Shown: in pieces, positions 11,286-21,786 of the stretch
Position numbering within the stretch: position 1 is the first letter of the stretch
How the letters are laid out: each line of letters opens with the position of its first letter
Origin: an uncultured delta proteobacterium
Lineage (GTDB): Bacteria > Desulfobacterota > Binatia > Binatales > Binataceae
NCBI GenBank assembly: GCA_963808235.1
Contig: CAWEEQ010000003.1
Coordinates: 1 to 64,000 of the forward strand
Length of the DNA stretch: 64,000 nt
Reading direction: 5' to 3'
The notes under the pieces: model-generated
Databases searched by the model: none
What the model saw: only the letters and a program-made list of their open reading frames with translations
Told to the model about the DNA's origin: nothing
Made by a program: the position numbers and the translations under genes

Positions 11286-11549
11286 GGCGAATCCTTTTGC
11301 GTGGATTTAACTAATTTGATTTATGGAATGAGCAAATGTGCCAATAACCGTTGGATAGCGAAGTGAAACAATTTGTACGATTTACATCGTCTTCGCACCG
11401 ATTGAAGGCCGTTCCACCCTTTCACAGGCTCTATGGTTGCCTTAAAGTCATCTAGATGATACTAACTGTATGGGCTGAATTCCATCAATTTGATTTAGGC
11501 TGCGGACTCTTCTTCGCCGCAGCTACTTCAACAAAGGGGAAAAAAGGGA

Positions 11550-11978
11550 ATGGCACGCTCCAAGGAACGTAGTTTCGGGCAAGTGATTCGCGAGCGCAGA
11601 CGGCAACTTGATCTGACCCAGGAAGAAGTTGCCCACCGCATCAAGACTTCAACTCCGTACGTCGGGCACCTGGAGTCCGGCAAACGCCATCCGTCCGACA
11701 AGATCGTAACGCGGCTCGCTGAAGTGCTCGCACTCGATCGGCGCGATCTGTTTTTTCTCGCCAATCCGCGCGCACAGGCTCTGCTCAGCCCCGAGGCTGA
11801 GTCGGCGCCCGATTCTGCATGGCAGGATTTCAAGAACAACGATCAGCTGCGGCGCATCCACAATATCTCGAATGACGAGATGGAAATGCTGTCGCGAGTT
11901 GCGCTGCTCGGCGACGTGCGTTCGCCGCGCGACTTCATCTATATACTCCACACGGTTCGCCACGCGGTCGGGAGATAG
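11550..11978 (+). CDS. XRE-family helix-turn-helix regulator
   Basis: IRERRRQLDLTQEEVA...YVGHLESGKRHPS; purine-rich RBS. Confidence 0.85.
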   Translation: MARSKERSFGQVIRERRRQLDLTQEEVAHRIKTSTPYVGHLESGKRHPSDKIVTRLAEVLALDRRDLFFLANPRAQALLSPEAESAPDSAWQDFKNNDQLRRIHNISNDEMEMLSRVALLGDVRSPRDFIYILHTVRHAVGR

Positions 11979-12098
11979 TTGAGCGCGCCAGGGTCTCGAT
12001 TGTAGATGAAGACGCGGGAGGATTCTCTCGCGTCTTTTTTTTCGAGTCGACTCTGCTCTGGCCAACGACTCGGCGCGCGGGCTAAAGCTTCGTGCATC

Positions 12099-13391
12099 AT
12101 GGGTGAACCAGCCCCTTCGGCGCGCCCGCGTGACGAAACTCCGCGATGGCCCGCGCGTTACACGGTGGTCGCGCTGTTCTTTCTCGGCACGGCGCTCTGC
12201 TACATCGATCGGATCAGCATTTCAGTTGCGATAATTCCGCTCGCCCGCGAGTTTGGTTACGACTCAGCGGCGCAGGGCGTCGTGCTGTCGGCCGTTTTCT
12301 GGGGCTACATCTGGACCCAGCTCGTCGGAGGATGGATGGCCGATCGCTTCGGCGGCCATCGCGTGCTGGCGGCGGGCGTGGCCGTCTGGTCGCTCGCGAC
12401 TTTCATCATGCCGCCCGCAGCGGCCGCGAGTTTTGCCGCTCTGCTCGCGACGCGAGTGCTGCTTGGCCTGGGCGAAGGAGTAAATTTCCCCTCCATTCAC
12501 AGCCTGACGTCACGCTGGACGCTGCCGTCGGAGCGCGCGCGCGTCCTGTCGGTAAATTACAGCGGAATGTACGTCGGCACTGTCCTGGCGCTAAGCGTGA
12601 GTCCTATGATCATTCACGCATTTGGATGGCCGGCGCTGTTCTATATCTCGGGCGCGCTCGGCGGGGTCTGGGTGGCGGTCTGGATGTGGGTTGCGGCCGA
12701 CGGTCCGGAGAACTCGACCCGCGTCGGCGCATCGGAACGAACTCTGATCACGACGGCGCGCACCGCGCAATTGCGAGCGATCCGTGTTCCGTGGTCCGCG
12801 ATCGCCAGAGAGAAAGCGGTATGGGCAATCGTGGTTGCGCATTTCTGCTCGAACTTCGGTTTCAACATTTTGCTGCTCTGGATGCCGACCTATTTGCATC
12901 ACAGCTTCAACGTTCCGCTGGCGAAAGTCGGCACGTACTCAATCATCCCCTGGATCGTGACCTTCTTCACGATCAGTTTTTCCGGATGGCTCGCCGATTC
13001 GATGATCGCACGCGGGATAAGCGTCGGCGCAGTGCGAAAGTCGATGCAGAGCGCGGCGTTCACGATTGGCGCGATCGCCCTGATGATAGTGCCGACGGCG
13101 CTTTCGCCGGTGACGGCGGTTGCGTGGCTCACGGTCGCGGCTTCTGCCAACGGCATCAGTTCTGCGGCGTTCGGGGTTAACCACCTGGACGTCGCCCCGA
13201 CCTACGCCGGAATCCTGATGGGCATTTCGAATACCGTGGCTACCATCCCCGGCATCATCGGCGTTGCCGCCGCGGGTCTGATCGTACAAACGACCAAATC
13301 TTTCAGCGCGGTCTTCTATCTGATCGCCGCGGTTTATTTGGTCGGGATGCTCCTATACCTCAGATGGGCGAGCGGCGAGCAGAAGATCTGA
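12099..13391 (+). CDS. MFS transporter, anion:cation symporter (ACS) family
   Basis: YIDRISISVA, GGWMADRFGG, RVLLGLGEG, NHLDVAPTYAGILMGISNT. Confidence 0.9.
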   Translation: MGEPAPSARPRDETPRWPARYTVVALFFLGTALCYIDRISISVAIIPLAREFGYDSAAQGVVLSAVFWGYIWTQLVGGWMADRFGGHRVLAAGVAVWSLATFIMPPAAAASFAALLATRVLLGLGEGVNFPSIHSLTSRWTLPSERARVLSVNYSGMYVGTVLALSVSPMIIHAFGWPALFYISGALGGVWVAVWMWVAADGPENSTRVGASERTLITTARTAQLRAIRVPWSAIAREKAVWAIVVAHFCSNFGFNILLLWMPTYLHHSFNVPLAKVGTYSIIPWIVTFFTISFSGWLADSMIARGISVGAVRKSMQSAAFTIGAIALMIVPTALSPVTAVAWLTVAASANGISSAAFGVNHLDVAPTYAGILMGISNTVATIPGIIGVAAAGLIVQTTKSFSAVFYLIAAVYLVGMLLYLRWASGEQKI

Positions 13392-13470
13392 ATTTTCCGC
13401 ATTGCCGATCTCGAGCGCGGCGGGTTATACGAAAGACTGCGCCCGATTGAATCCCAAGGAGCAGCGCGCA

Positions 13471-14766
13471 ATGGAGCAAAGCAAGCTTTCGCCGTATCGA
13501 TGGGTGATCGAGGTCCTGCTGCTGCTTCTTTTGACCGCGCAGTCGCTCACCTGGCTCGCACCCGCACCGATCCTCGGTGAAATCAGGAACGGACTCAAAA
13601 TCTCACTCAGCGACGCGGGCCTGATCATCTCGATCATCGCGCTCTGTATCGGCGTCTTCTCACTCGCGGGCGCTGTGGTCGCCGAGCGGATCGGCGCGCT
13701 GCGCGCGCTCGTGATCGGAATATGGCTGATGGCGATCGGACAGATCGCGAGCGGTTACGCGCCGAACTTTGCGGCGCTGCTCGCATGCCGCGTGCTCGAG
13801 GGAATCGGCTATGGCGTCGTGATCGCACCGCCGGGTACGCTCACGATGCAATGGTTTGGCGAGGGCGAATGGCCGTACATCAACATGGTCAACTTCGCGT
13901 TTGGCTACGTCGGACTCACCGCGGTTTTCCGCATGACGCCGGCGCTGTTTGCGGCGGTCGGTTCGTCGTGGCGAATGGTGCTCCTGTGGTACGGCGTCGG
14001 CTCGGCGGGAGTCGGCCTGCTGTGGACGGTCCTAGGCCGCGAGCATCGGAGCCAAGCAAGCGCTGCTCCCGCGCCGTCGGCGATCGAAGCGCCCGCCGAA
14101 CGCGGGTCGGCGTTGATGGAAGTCGTGAAGATGCGCAACGTGCTGCTGATCGCGGGCGGACTCTTCGGCGGGATGTGGGTCTTCCAGATCTACACCGCGT
14201 TTCTCCCCGAGTTCTTCCGCACCTATCGCGGCATGACCCTGGCCGAAGCCTCGTTGATGACGCAGGTGCTGCCGTTCACCGGACTGTTCGCGGCGCTGGC
14301 CGGCGGAATCGGCACCGGGATGAGCGGACTGCGCAAGCCGTTCACGTGGCCGATTGCGTTTGCAACTTTGATCGGATGTGCCGGCGCGATCGTGCTACCT
14401 GATCCGATGTGGATAAGGCTCTCGCTTGTGCTGGTCGGAATCGGCGCGGCCGGCTCACTCGCCGCGATCACCACCTTGCTGATGGAATTGCCTGGCATGA
14501 ATCCGGTGCGCCTTGGCGCCGCGATCGGCTTCGTATGGGCGATCGGCTACTTCGGCGCGTTCATCTCGCCATTTCTCGGCGGCGCGCTCGCGGCGCATTA
14601 CGGGCTTAAGGCAGTGATGCTCGCGTTCCTCGCGTTCCAGTTTCTGCCGATCGTGACGATGTACTTCCTTCCGGAAACCGGACCGGGACGCGCGCGTTAT
14701 GAGATCGCGCCCGCCGCCGGCGGAGCCTCGATTACGACTTCGTCCGCGGATGCGGCGCGACCTTGA
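13471..14766 (+). CDS. MFS transporter (CynX/NimT-like)
   Basis: 12-TM hydrophobic pattern, GAVVAERIG, RVLEGIG; AAGGAG RBS. Confidence 0.85.
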   Translation: MEQSKLSPYRWVIEVLLLLLLTAQSLTWLAPAPILGEIRNGLKISLSDAGLIISIIALCIGVFSLAGAVVAERIGALRALVIGIWLMAIGQIASGYAPNFAALLACRVLEGIGYGVVIAPPGTLTMQWFGEGEWPYINMVNFAFGYVGLTAVFRMTPALFAAVGSSWRMVLLWYGVGSAGVGLLWTVLGREHRSQASAAPAPSAIEAPAERGSALMEVVKMRNVLLIAGGLFGGMWVFQIYTAFLPEFFRTYRGMTLAEASLMTQVLPFTGLFAALAGGIGTGMSGLRKPFTWPIAFATLIGCAGAIVLPDPMWIRLSLVLVGIGAAGSLAAITTLLMELPGMNPVRLGAAIGFVWAIGYFGAFISPFLGGALAAHYGLKAVMLAFLAFQFLPIVTMYFLPETGPGRARYEIAPAAGGASITTSSADAARP

Positions 14767-15536
14767 GCAGCGCCGGGTGCAGAATCCGATTGTCCGCGAT
14801 CAGTCCCTCGAGCTTGACGTTGCGCTGATTGAAGCGAATTTCGCGCCCCCTGATATCGGTGATTATGCCGCCAGCCTCAATGACCAGCGCGGCGCCTGAC
14901 GCGATGTCCCATTCACTTTTCGGTGAGCGCGTAAATGTCGCGTCGCCTTTGCCCGCCGCAACCATCGCGAGCTTGTACGCAACGCTGCCGGTCGGGCTGA
15001 CTTTCATCACTCCATGAAACACCTGCCACTCGCCGCGCGCCGTCTCGCTGCGGCTCGCGAGCACAGTCGCGCGCTTGAGCGTCCTCGTCCGAGTGACACG
15101 CACCGAGTGCGTATTCAAATGAGCATCCCACTCCGCGCGCCGACCAATACATCTCGCGCTTGATCGGATTGTAGGTCACACCGAGCACGGGCACGCCGTC
15201 TTCGACCAGCGCAATCGCGACCGAGAATTCGGGGATGCCGTTGATGAACTCCTTGGTGCCATCGAGCGGATCGACGATCCAAACGCGCCGGCATTTGAGC
15301 CGTGCGTCGTTGTCCACGGTCTCCTCGGAGAGCCATCCATATTCTGGAAACGGATCATGGAGCAATTTCTTGAGCGCGCGATCGGCTTCGAGATCGGCAG
15401 CCGTGACCGGATTGTCGTGCCCCTTCGATCCGATCTTGTAGCCGCCGCGGCGCCAATGCCCGCGCAGAATTTCGCCCGCCGCTCGCGCGGCCTTTTTCGC
15501 GAGCGTCAGCTCGCGCGCTAAATCACTTTCTTCCAT
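14732..15536 (-). CDS. cysQ: Inositol-monophosphatase-family 3'(2'),5'-bisphosphate nucleotidase, frameshifted near 15122
   Basis: PVTAADL, WLSEE, WIVDPLDGTKEF in one frame; ASRS, GSVAYKL, SEWDIA in the next frame; removing one base joins them. Confidence 0.8.
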
Positions 15537-15669
15537 CGTTCCTTCCAGCCAGCCGCGAGAATCCTATCCGCACCTTGCCCCCGATGCCATCGCGAGAGGT
15601 TTGCCGTTTTGCGGGCGCGAACCTAAGATGCTCGCGGGGACCAAATCTCGCCGGCTTGGGGAGCATGCG

Positions 15670-16488
15670 ATGGCGGTTATCGCGATAAGTCAACAGATGG
15701 GCAGCCGAGGCATCGAGCTCGGCGAACTCGTGGCAGGGGAACTCGGTTATCGGTTCCAAACCGGCGAGCAACTAATCTCCGAAACTGCGAAGCGCTTCGA
15801 CGTGAGCGCAGAGCAGATGAAGTTTTTTGAGATGCACAACCCCCGTTTCTGGGAACGGAAAGCCGAGAGCGGCCGTTATATCGCGTACTATCGCGCTGTT
15901 TTCCTTCAAGAGGCCGCGCAAGACCGGATCGTCGTGACAGGACGCAGTCCGGCAAGTTTTCTGCCCGAAGGCGGAAACGGTATCAGGGTGCGCACGATAG
16001 CGCCGCTCGCCCAGCGCGCAAAGCAGGTAGCGAAGGACCAGAATCTAACCGCGGCGGCCGCGGAAAAGCATGTTCACGATTTCGATACCGAGGTGAAGGC
16101 CCGCATTCAAACTTTATTCGGGCGCGATATTGACGATCCCGCGATCTACGACCTGGTAATGAACACCGCCAGGCTTTCCCTCGCCGCCCACGCTAAGACC
16201 CTCACCGCGCTCGCGGTGCATATCGACGGTGCGGGCAGTCCGGAGCGAACCAAACTGATGCGCGACGCGTCGATCGCGGCCCAGGTCCATGCGGCTTTGG
16301 TAGCGCATCCGAAAATTCGCGATGCGCAGGTCGCGGTCAATTGCTCGTCGGGCTGCGTGCGCGTGACCGGACCCGGATTGGTGCCGCCGTGGGATGACCT
16401 GGTGATCGGGGTCGCGCAGACGATCGAGGGCGTCGCGTCGGTCGAAGTCGGCGCCGAGGAAGACCCGATCACACTAACCACCAGCTAG
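15670..16488 (+). CDS. Cytidylate-kinase-like family protein with C-terminal BON-like domain
   Basis: IAISQQMGSRG P-loop-like start, VVTGR, DIDDPAIYDLVMNT; C-terminal V..G.VRVTG...IEGVASV. Confidence 0.75.
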   Translation: MAVIAISQQMGSRGIELGELVAGELGYRFQTGEQLISETAKRFDVSAEQMKFFEMHNPRFWERKAESGRYIAYYRAVFLQEAAQDRIVVTGRSPASFLPEGGNGIRVRTIAPLAQRAKQVAKDQNLTAAAAEKHVHDFDTEVKARIQTLFGRDIDDPAIYDLVMNTARLSLAAHAKTLTALAVHIDGAGSPERTKLMRDASIAAQVHAALVAHPKIRDAQVAVNCSSGCVRVTGPGLVPPWDDLVIGVAQTIEGVASVEVGAEEDPITLTTS

Positions 16489-16523
16489 GGCGCCGTGCTA
16501 TCTTCGCGCATCCGATTTACCTG

Positions 16524-16985
16524 ATGCGCCGACTTATCATCTTCTTCGCGACCGGATTCTATTCGGGTTACGCTCCAATCGCGCCGGGAACCGCGGGCTC
16601 CGCGGTCGGACTCGTGGTGATATGGCTCGCCTTTGGGCCGCTGTGGGAGCGGTCGCCCGCGCTATGCTTGATCGTCTTTGCGATCCTGTTTGCGATCGCC
16701 TGCTGGATTTCCGATCGCGCCGAGAAAATTTTCGATCAACACGATGATTCGCGCATCGTGATCGATGAAGTGCTCGGAATGGCGGCGACGATGTTCGGCA
16801 ATCCACTCACGTTTCCATACATGATGCTGGGATTCCTGCTGTTTCGAATATCCGACGTGATCAAACCGTGGCCAGCGAGTCTGATCGATCGAAAAATGCG
16901 CAACGGCGCGGGAGTAATGCTGGATGATTTGGCCGCAGCGATTTATGCGAATATTGTGCTGCATGTGATCGCGCGCGTGCTCTGA
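16524..16985 (+). CDS. pgpA: Phosphatidylglycerophosphatase A
   Basis: PIAPGTAGS, HDDSRIVIDEVLG, FRISDVIKPWP, GVMLDDLAA. Confidence 0.93.
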   Translation: MRRLIIFFATGFYSGYAPIAPGTAGSAVGLVVIWLAFGPLWERSPALCLIVFAILFAIACWISDRAEKIFDQHDDSRIVIDEVLGMAATMFGNPLTFPYMMLGFLLFRISDVIKPWPASLIDRKMRNGAGVMLDDLAAAIYANIVLHVIARVL

Positions 16986-17015
16986 AAAAGGCGCGCTCCT
17001 CGGAGGGAGCTCTCG

Positions 17016-18299
17016 ATGATTCAAAACGCTGTAATTCTCTCAACCGGCGACGAAATCACCACCGGCAAAGTTGTCGATACCAACGCGAACTACCTGTCCG
17101 ATAAGCTCGCCGAGATTGGAATCGATCTGGTCGCGGTGCTCACTGTCGGCGACGTGCCTGAGCGCCTTGAATGGGCGTGGCGAACGGCAATCGGAATGGG
17201 CGACGTAGTAATTTCTACCGGCGGGATCGGACCGACCGCCGACGACTTGACTACCGAAACGATCGCGCGGCTGGCCGGCGTGAAACTGTGGCGGGACGAG
17301 GCAACCGTCGATCACATGAAGCGGCTCTTCGCGACCATCGGTCGTCCGATGCCCGAGAACAACCTCAAGCAGGCGATGTTTCCCGAAGGCGCGACCGTCG
17401 TCCAGAACCCGCTCGGCACCGCGCCCGGCTTCAGGATGCCGATTACGATGAACGGCCATACCGCGAATCTGATCGTGCTGCCCGGCGTGCCGCGCGAGAT
17501 GAAACCGATGATGGAAAACACGGTGATTCCGTGGATCGGCGCCAATCGCGGCACCGACAAGGTCTACGCCGTGCGCATCTTCCAGACTTTCGGAATCAGC
17601 GAGTCCGCACTCGACGAGGCAGTCGCAGGCTTGATCAAACCGGAAGAAGCGAAAGTCTCGTTCCGCGCGAGCTTCCCGCAAATTTCGCTCAAGGTCAGGG
17701 TGGAAGGCGCGCCCGGAGAAGTCGATCGCAAACTCGACGAGCTGTCGCGCCGCGTGCGCGAGAAAATCTCTCAGTACGCGTACGCCGAGGGCGATGTCTC
17801 GATGGAGGAAGTAGTCGGGCGGCTGTTCGTCGAGAAAAATCTGACCCTTGCGATCGCGGAGTCATGCACCGGCGGCCTGATCGGGCATCGCATAACCAAC
17901 GTTCCCGGATGCTCGCGATACTTCAAGAGCGACCTGGTCACCTACTCCAACGACGTCAAGGAAGGCGTGCTCGGCGTCTCAGAGGAAACGCTCAGGGTCC
18001 ATGGCGCAGTGAGCGAAGAATGCGTGGGCGAAATGGCCGCTGGAGTACGCAAGCGCACCGGCGCGAGCGTCTCGGTCGCGACCTCGGGGATCGCTGGACC
18101 CGACGGCGGCACGCCGGACAAGCCGGTCGGCACGGTATGCATCGCGCTATCCGCCGACGATCAATCGTTCACGCGCCGCTACCAATTTCGCGGCACTCGC
18201 GATTGGGTCAAGCTGATCACGTCGCAGGTCGCGCTCGATTGGCTGCGCCGCTACGCACTCGGGATGCCGATAGCGGATTCGGCGCTGTTCCGTCGTTAA
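17016..18299 (+). CDS. cinA: Competence/damage-inducible protein CinA (MoCF-like + PncC domain)
   Basis: GDEITTGKVVDTN, TGGIGPTADDLT, LPGVPREM, AESCTGG, GIAGPDGG. Confidence 0.93.
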   Translation: MIQNAVILSTGDEITTGKVVDTNANYLSDKLAEIGIDLVAVLTVGDVPERLEWAWRTAIGMGDVVISTGGIGPTADDLTTETIARLAGVKLWRDEATVDHMKRLFATIGRPMPENNLKQAMFPEGATVVQNPLGTAPGFRMPITMNGHTANLIVLPGVPREMKPMMENTVIPWIGANRGTDKVYAVRIFQTFGISESALDEAVAGLIKPEEAKVSFRASFPQISLKVRVEGAPGEVDRKLDELSRRVREKISQYAYAEGDVSMEEVVGRLFVEKNLTLAIAESCTGGLIGHRITNVPGCSRYFKSDLVTYSNDVKEGVLGVSEETLRVHGAVSEECVGEMAAGVRKRTGASVSVATSGIAGPDGGTPDKPVGTVCIALSADDQSFTRRYQFRGTRDWVKLITSQVALDWLRRYALGMPIADSALFRR

Positions 18300-18670
18300 C
18301 GAACGCGCGCGTAGTTGATCAGATCGCTCCCCGTGCCCGCGAGCGCGAGCTTGCCCTTTCCCGCCGCGCACTCGACTGCGTTCGCCGCCGTCGCATCGGT
18401 GCATAGCACGACGTTAGTATCGCCGGTGAAGCACGAATCCGAGACCGTCGCGGCGCCCTGCGCGAGTTGCACGCGTCCGGCACATTGGTCGACCATCGCG
18501 GTTACATTTACACCGCCAAAAAAACTGTTCGCCGCGATAATTTGCGAAGGTCCCTCACCGGATCGGGCGTGCTTTCCCATCGCCTCCGGATGCGGCGGCG
18601 GATGACCGCATCCAGAGCCAATCAGCGCAATCACCGAGAATGCCGCAACCACTGTGTTTCCTGCTCGCAT
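18296..18670 (-). CDS. Cys-rich hypothetical lipoprotein
   Basis: Lipobox-like LIGSGC; four further Cys; ATG 2 bp after upstream stop. Confidence 0.65.
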   Translation of the reverse strand: MRAGNTVVAAFSVIALIGSGCGHPPPHPEAMGKHARSGEGPSQIIAANSFFGGVNVTAMVDQCAGRVQLAQGAATVSDSCFTGDTNVVLCTDATAANAVECAAGKGKLALAGTGSDLINYARVR

Positions 18671-18672
18671 AT

Positions 18673-19026
18673 TCACCAACCCCGCTTCACGGTGACGCCG
18701 CCGAACAGCGAGTACGCGAGAATGTCCAGCGGGAAAGGAGCGTCCTCATCGTCGACCGGTGCACTCAACGGCGGTGATTGCTGACGGCGCGGCTCGATGC
18801 TGCGGCCGCCGAACAGGCTGAAGCCGTCGAACATCACTTCTTCGTCGGGTCGCACTCTGACCTTGGCTCCGCCGAAAATCGCGACAACGGTGACCTCGAG
18901 CTCGGGCGGCGCGTAGGTCAGGTCGATGTCGAGTCCGCCGAAAAGCGCCAGGCCAAAGAGCCGCTCTCCAGAATGGAGCATGCTCCCGTCGATCTTGTTT
19001 CCGGAAAAGATGGCCACGCTCAGCAT
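18673..19026 (-). CDS. LiaF-C / 'toastrack'-like beta-solenoid protein
   Basis: Repeated (A/S)(L/I)FGG-x-x-(I/V) motifs: ALFGGLDIDL, AIFGGAKVRV, SLFGGRSI, SLFGGVTV. Confidence 0.65.
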   Translation of the reverse strand: MLSVAIFSGNKIDGSMLHSGERLFGLALFGGLDIDLTYAPPELEVTVVAIFGGAKVRVRPDEEVMFDGFSLFGGRSIEPRRQQSPPLSAPVDDEDAPFPLDILAYSLFGGVTVKRGW

Positions 19027-19033
19027 GTTCGCA

Positions 19034-19774
19034 TCAACTCGCGTGCTTGATGTCGCCGTTGGCTGCCGCGTTGGCCGCCGCGGTGAAAATATCCATCGGC
19101 GCGAGTGGCGGACGACGTTTGCGCTTCAAGTCCGCAAGTTCGGCCTGCGCCTTCGCCTCTGCGTTGCGCTGACGGATCTCCTCGAGCTTGTCGCTGAGTT
19201 CGGAGCCCGCGATTTCGCGATTGACGCCCGCCTGCGCCAGCATCCGCTGAATCGATTCGCGCACTTCTTCGAGCGCGCGCACATCGTCGTCGTAGGAGAT
19301 TTCCTCGAGCGCGCGCTGGATTCGCACTCGCGCCTGCGCGTTCTTCAGCCGAGCCATCATCCGCACTTTTTCGACCTTGAGCTTCTCGATTTCGGACTTG
19401 AACGAGATCAGGTTCTTCTTGGCTTCCTCGGCTTCGGAGGTCAGCTCGCCCAGCTCTTCGCGCAGGCGCGTGCAATCGGAGTCGAGCACATGCTTGCGCT
19501 GAATCAAGATCAGCGCGCACTGATCCTCGTTCATGTCGGCGGCCTGGCCCGCTTCTTCATCGACTTCCTTCATCTCGGCAAGTTTCTCGCGCAGCTCGCG
19601 CTCGAGTTTGTTGCGCATGTAGATGACGCCGGCCGCTGCGGTCTTGAGTTGATGATAACGCCGCACCCGATCCGAGATTGCGGATTCGTACACCGCTTCC
19701 GGATCGCGCGCCTCACGCGCTTTTACCCATCGGCTCCACTTTCCTCCAATCAATTTGAAAATTCTTGATAACAC
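19034..19774 (-). CDS. pspA: PspA/IM30 (Vipp1/LiaH) family protein
   Basis: GTG after AAGGAG; amphipathic N-helix LSRIFKLIGG, E.RDPEAVYE.AI, long coiled coils, AELADLK near C-terminus. Confidence 0.85.
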   Translation of the reverse strand: MLSRIFKLIGGKWSRWVKAREARDPEAVYESAISDRVRRYHQLKTAAAGVIYMRNKLERELREKLAEMKEVDEEAGQAADMNEDQCALILIQRKHVLDSDCTRLREELGELTSEAEEAKKNLISFKSEIEKLKVEKVRMMARLKNAQARVRIQRALEEISYDDDVRALEEVRESIQRMLAQAGVNREIAGSELSDKLEEIRQRNAEAKAQAELADLKRKRRPPLAPMDIFTAAANAAANGDIKHAS

Positions 19775-19833
19775 TTTCCGTTCTCCTTTCGGCTGCGAAG
19801 CTGAATCCGCCCGCATCGCCGACTGTTGCTTAT

Positions 19834-20316
19834 TTAGATCCACCGCCTGACCCGGTCTTTGTAATCGACGTATTGCTGGCCGAAGAGCCGCTCCATCGTT
19901 TCCTCTTCGCGCGGAATCACAATTCGATCGATCGCCATAACGAACGCCACTGGCGCAAGGATCATCACGATCGACCCGAAGAAGATCGCCAGTCCAAGCA
20001 ACACTGTCGTAAGGCCGAGATACATCGGGTTTCGCGTCCAGGTGTATGGCGGCTGCACGACGAATGCGGTGGGATCGCCATACGGATTCCTGGTCGTTTC
20101 GCGCGCCTGGAAAATTGCGGCCGCAAAAGAGCTGATTCCCGTGCCGCCCGCGACCAGCAACAGGCCGAACACCTGGAGCCATCCCACGGAACGCTCTTCC
20201 GGCAACATGAAGTGCAGGGCAATCGTGACGATCAAGAGCGCACCCGCCAACAGCGGCGGATGAATTTTCATGGTAGTGAGAGCGTTGCTCGAGACTTGAG
20301 GTTCAGTCGAGTTCAT
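19834..20316 (-). CDS. Isoprenylcysteine carboxyl methyltransferase / PEMT-like membrane methyltransferase
   Basis: PYTWTRNPMYLG, IPREE..MERLFG..YVDYKDRVRRWI. Confidence 0.85.
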   Translation of the reverse strand: MNSTEPQVSSNALTTMKIHPPLLAGALLIVTIALHFMLPEERSVGWLQVFGLLLVAGGTGISSFAAAIFQARETTRNPYGDPTAFVVQPPYTWTRNPMYLGLTTVLLGLAIFFGSIVMILAPVAFVMAIDRIVIPREEETMERLFGQQYVDYKDRVRRWI

Positions 20317-20331
20317 CGCATTGATCTCCGA

Positions 20332-21786
20332 TCAGTTCGCGTCGCTCTTGTGTGCGAGCCCGATATCGGCGAGCGTGATCCCGAGCTCGCGCATCTTTTG
20401 TTGAAAACTCTGCCGGTACATCCCGGTCCGTTCCGCAGCCCGCGAGATATTTCCGCCGGTTGCGCGCAGTGCGCGGATGAAAAAATCCCGCTCCCAGTCG
20501 CCGACGAATTTTTCCTTCGCCTCGCGAAAAGTCAGCGCCGATTCGCCTCCGTCAGTGGCCGCGGGCGCATGATTCGCGCTACTCGCGGACGCGGGCGCTG
20601 CATGATCGCTCTCCGGCTCCGAGCCGGCAAACAGATCCTCAGAAGTTATCTCGACCCCCGAGGACAGAATCACCGCCTGCTCGATCGCTGCCTTGAGCGA
20701 GCGCGCGTTTCCCTTCCACGGCGCCTCGACACACGCGCGCATCGCTTCGGCCGAGAGCTGTTTTTCCGGAGTCGAGAAGCGCTTGCACGCTTCCGCGATG
20801 AAGTGCTGGACCATCAGCGGAACGTCTTCGCGTCGCTCGCGAACCGCGGGCACGCGAATCTCGACGACCTTCAGGCGGTAGTAGAGGTCTTCGCGAAACT
20901 TGCCCTGCGCGATCATCGCTTCGAGGTCCTGGTTGGTCGCTGCGATTATACGCACGTCGACGTTAAACGGCTGATTCCCGCCGATACGCTCGAACTGCTT
21001 CTCCTGCAGCACGCGCAGCAGCTTGGCCTGCGTCTCGAGCGCCATGTCGCCGATCTCGTCGAGGAAAAGAGTGCCACCGTCAGCCGCTTCGAACTTGCCT
21101 TCACGGCGCGCAGTCGCGCCGGTGAACGAGCCTTTTTCGTGGCCGAAGAGTTCGCTCTCGACCAGTTCGCGCGAGAACGCCGCACAATTAACTGCGATGA
21201 ACGGCTTGCGCGCGCGAGGGCTGCGAAAATGTATCGCGCGCGCGACCAGCTCCTTTCCGGTGCCGGACTCGCCGCGAATCAAAACCGTCACGTCGGTCGG
21301 CGCAACCTTGTCGATGGTCTCGAACACGCGCATCATCGCGCGCGACTTCCCGATCATGTTTTCGAAAGTCCCGGTCTCGAGACGCACCTGCTCGAGCAGC
21401 TGGCTATGCTCGCGCTTGAGCAACTGCGTCTCCATCACCTTGCGAACCTTCAGGCGCAGCTCGTCGTTGTCGAATGGCTTGGGCAGGTAATCTTCGGCGC
21501 CGGCCTTCATCGCTTCGACTGCGATTCGTTGCGTGCCGTATGCGGTGATCATCAGCACTGCGCACGCCGGGTCGAGCTCGCGGACCTGCTTCAGCAACTC
21601 GAGTCCGCTCATTCCTTTCATGCTCAAGTCGGTGATGATCACGTGGAACAGGCCCGCCTTGACCTTTTGCAGCGCTTCCTCGCCGCTCTCCGCGGTCTCG
21701 ACTTCGTAGCCCTCCTTGGTGAAGAGCCCTTTGAGCGCAATGACGATTCCGCGCTCGTCATCAACTACCAGCAGTCGGCCTTTCAA
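20332..21786 (-). CDS. Sigma54-dependent NtrC-family response regulator
   Basis: Receiver (VVDDE, TDLSM, KPF), AAA+ [28 protein letters not shown], Fis-type HTH GNISRAA. Confidence 0.95.
   Translation of the reverse strand: MKGRLLVVDDERGIVIALKGLFTKEGYEVETAESGEEALQKVKAGLFHVIITDLSMKGMSGLELLKQVRELDPACAVLMITAYGTQRIAVEAMKAGAEDYLPKPFDNDELRLKVRKVMETQLLKREHSQLLEQVRLETGTFENMIGKSRAMMRVFETIDKVAPTDVTVLIRGESGTGKELVARAIHFRSPRARKPFIAVNCAAFSRELVESELFGHEKGSFTGATARREGKFEAADGGTLFLDEIGDMALETQAKLLRVLQEKQFERIGGNQPFNVDVRIIAATNQDLEAMIAQGKFREDLYYRLKVVEIRVPAVRERREDVPLMVQHFIAEACKRFSTPEKQLSAEAMRACVEAPWKGNARSLKAAIEQAVILSSGVEITSEDLFAGSEPESDHAAPASASSANHAPAATDGGESALTFREAKEKFVGDWERDFFIRALRATGGNISRAAERTGMYRQSFQQKMRELGITLADIGLAHKSDAN

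Noticed and set aside
19775-20182. Long N-terminal extension of PspA in the ORF track
   Set aside because: Overlaps the methyltransferase gene in another frame; a strong RBS supports GTG 19774
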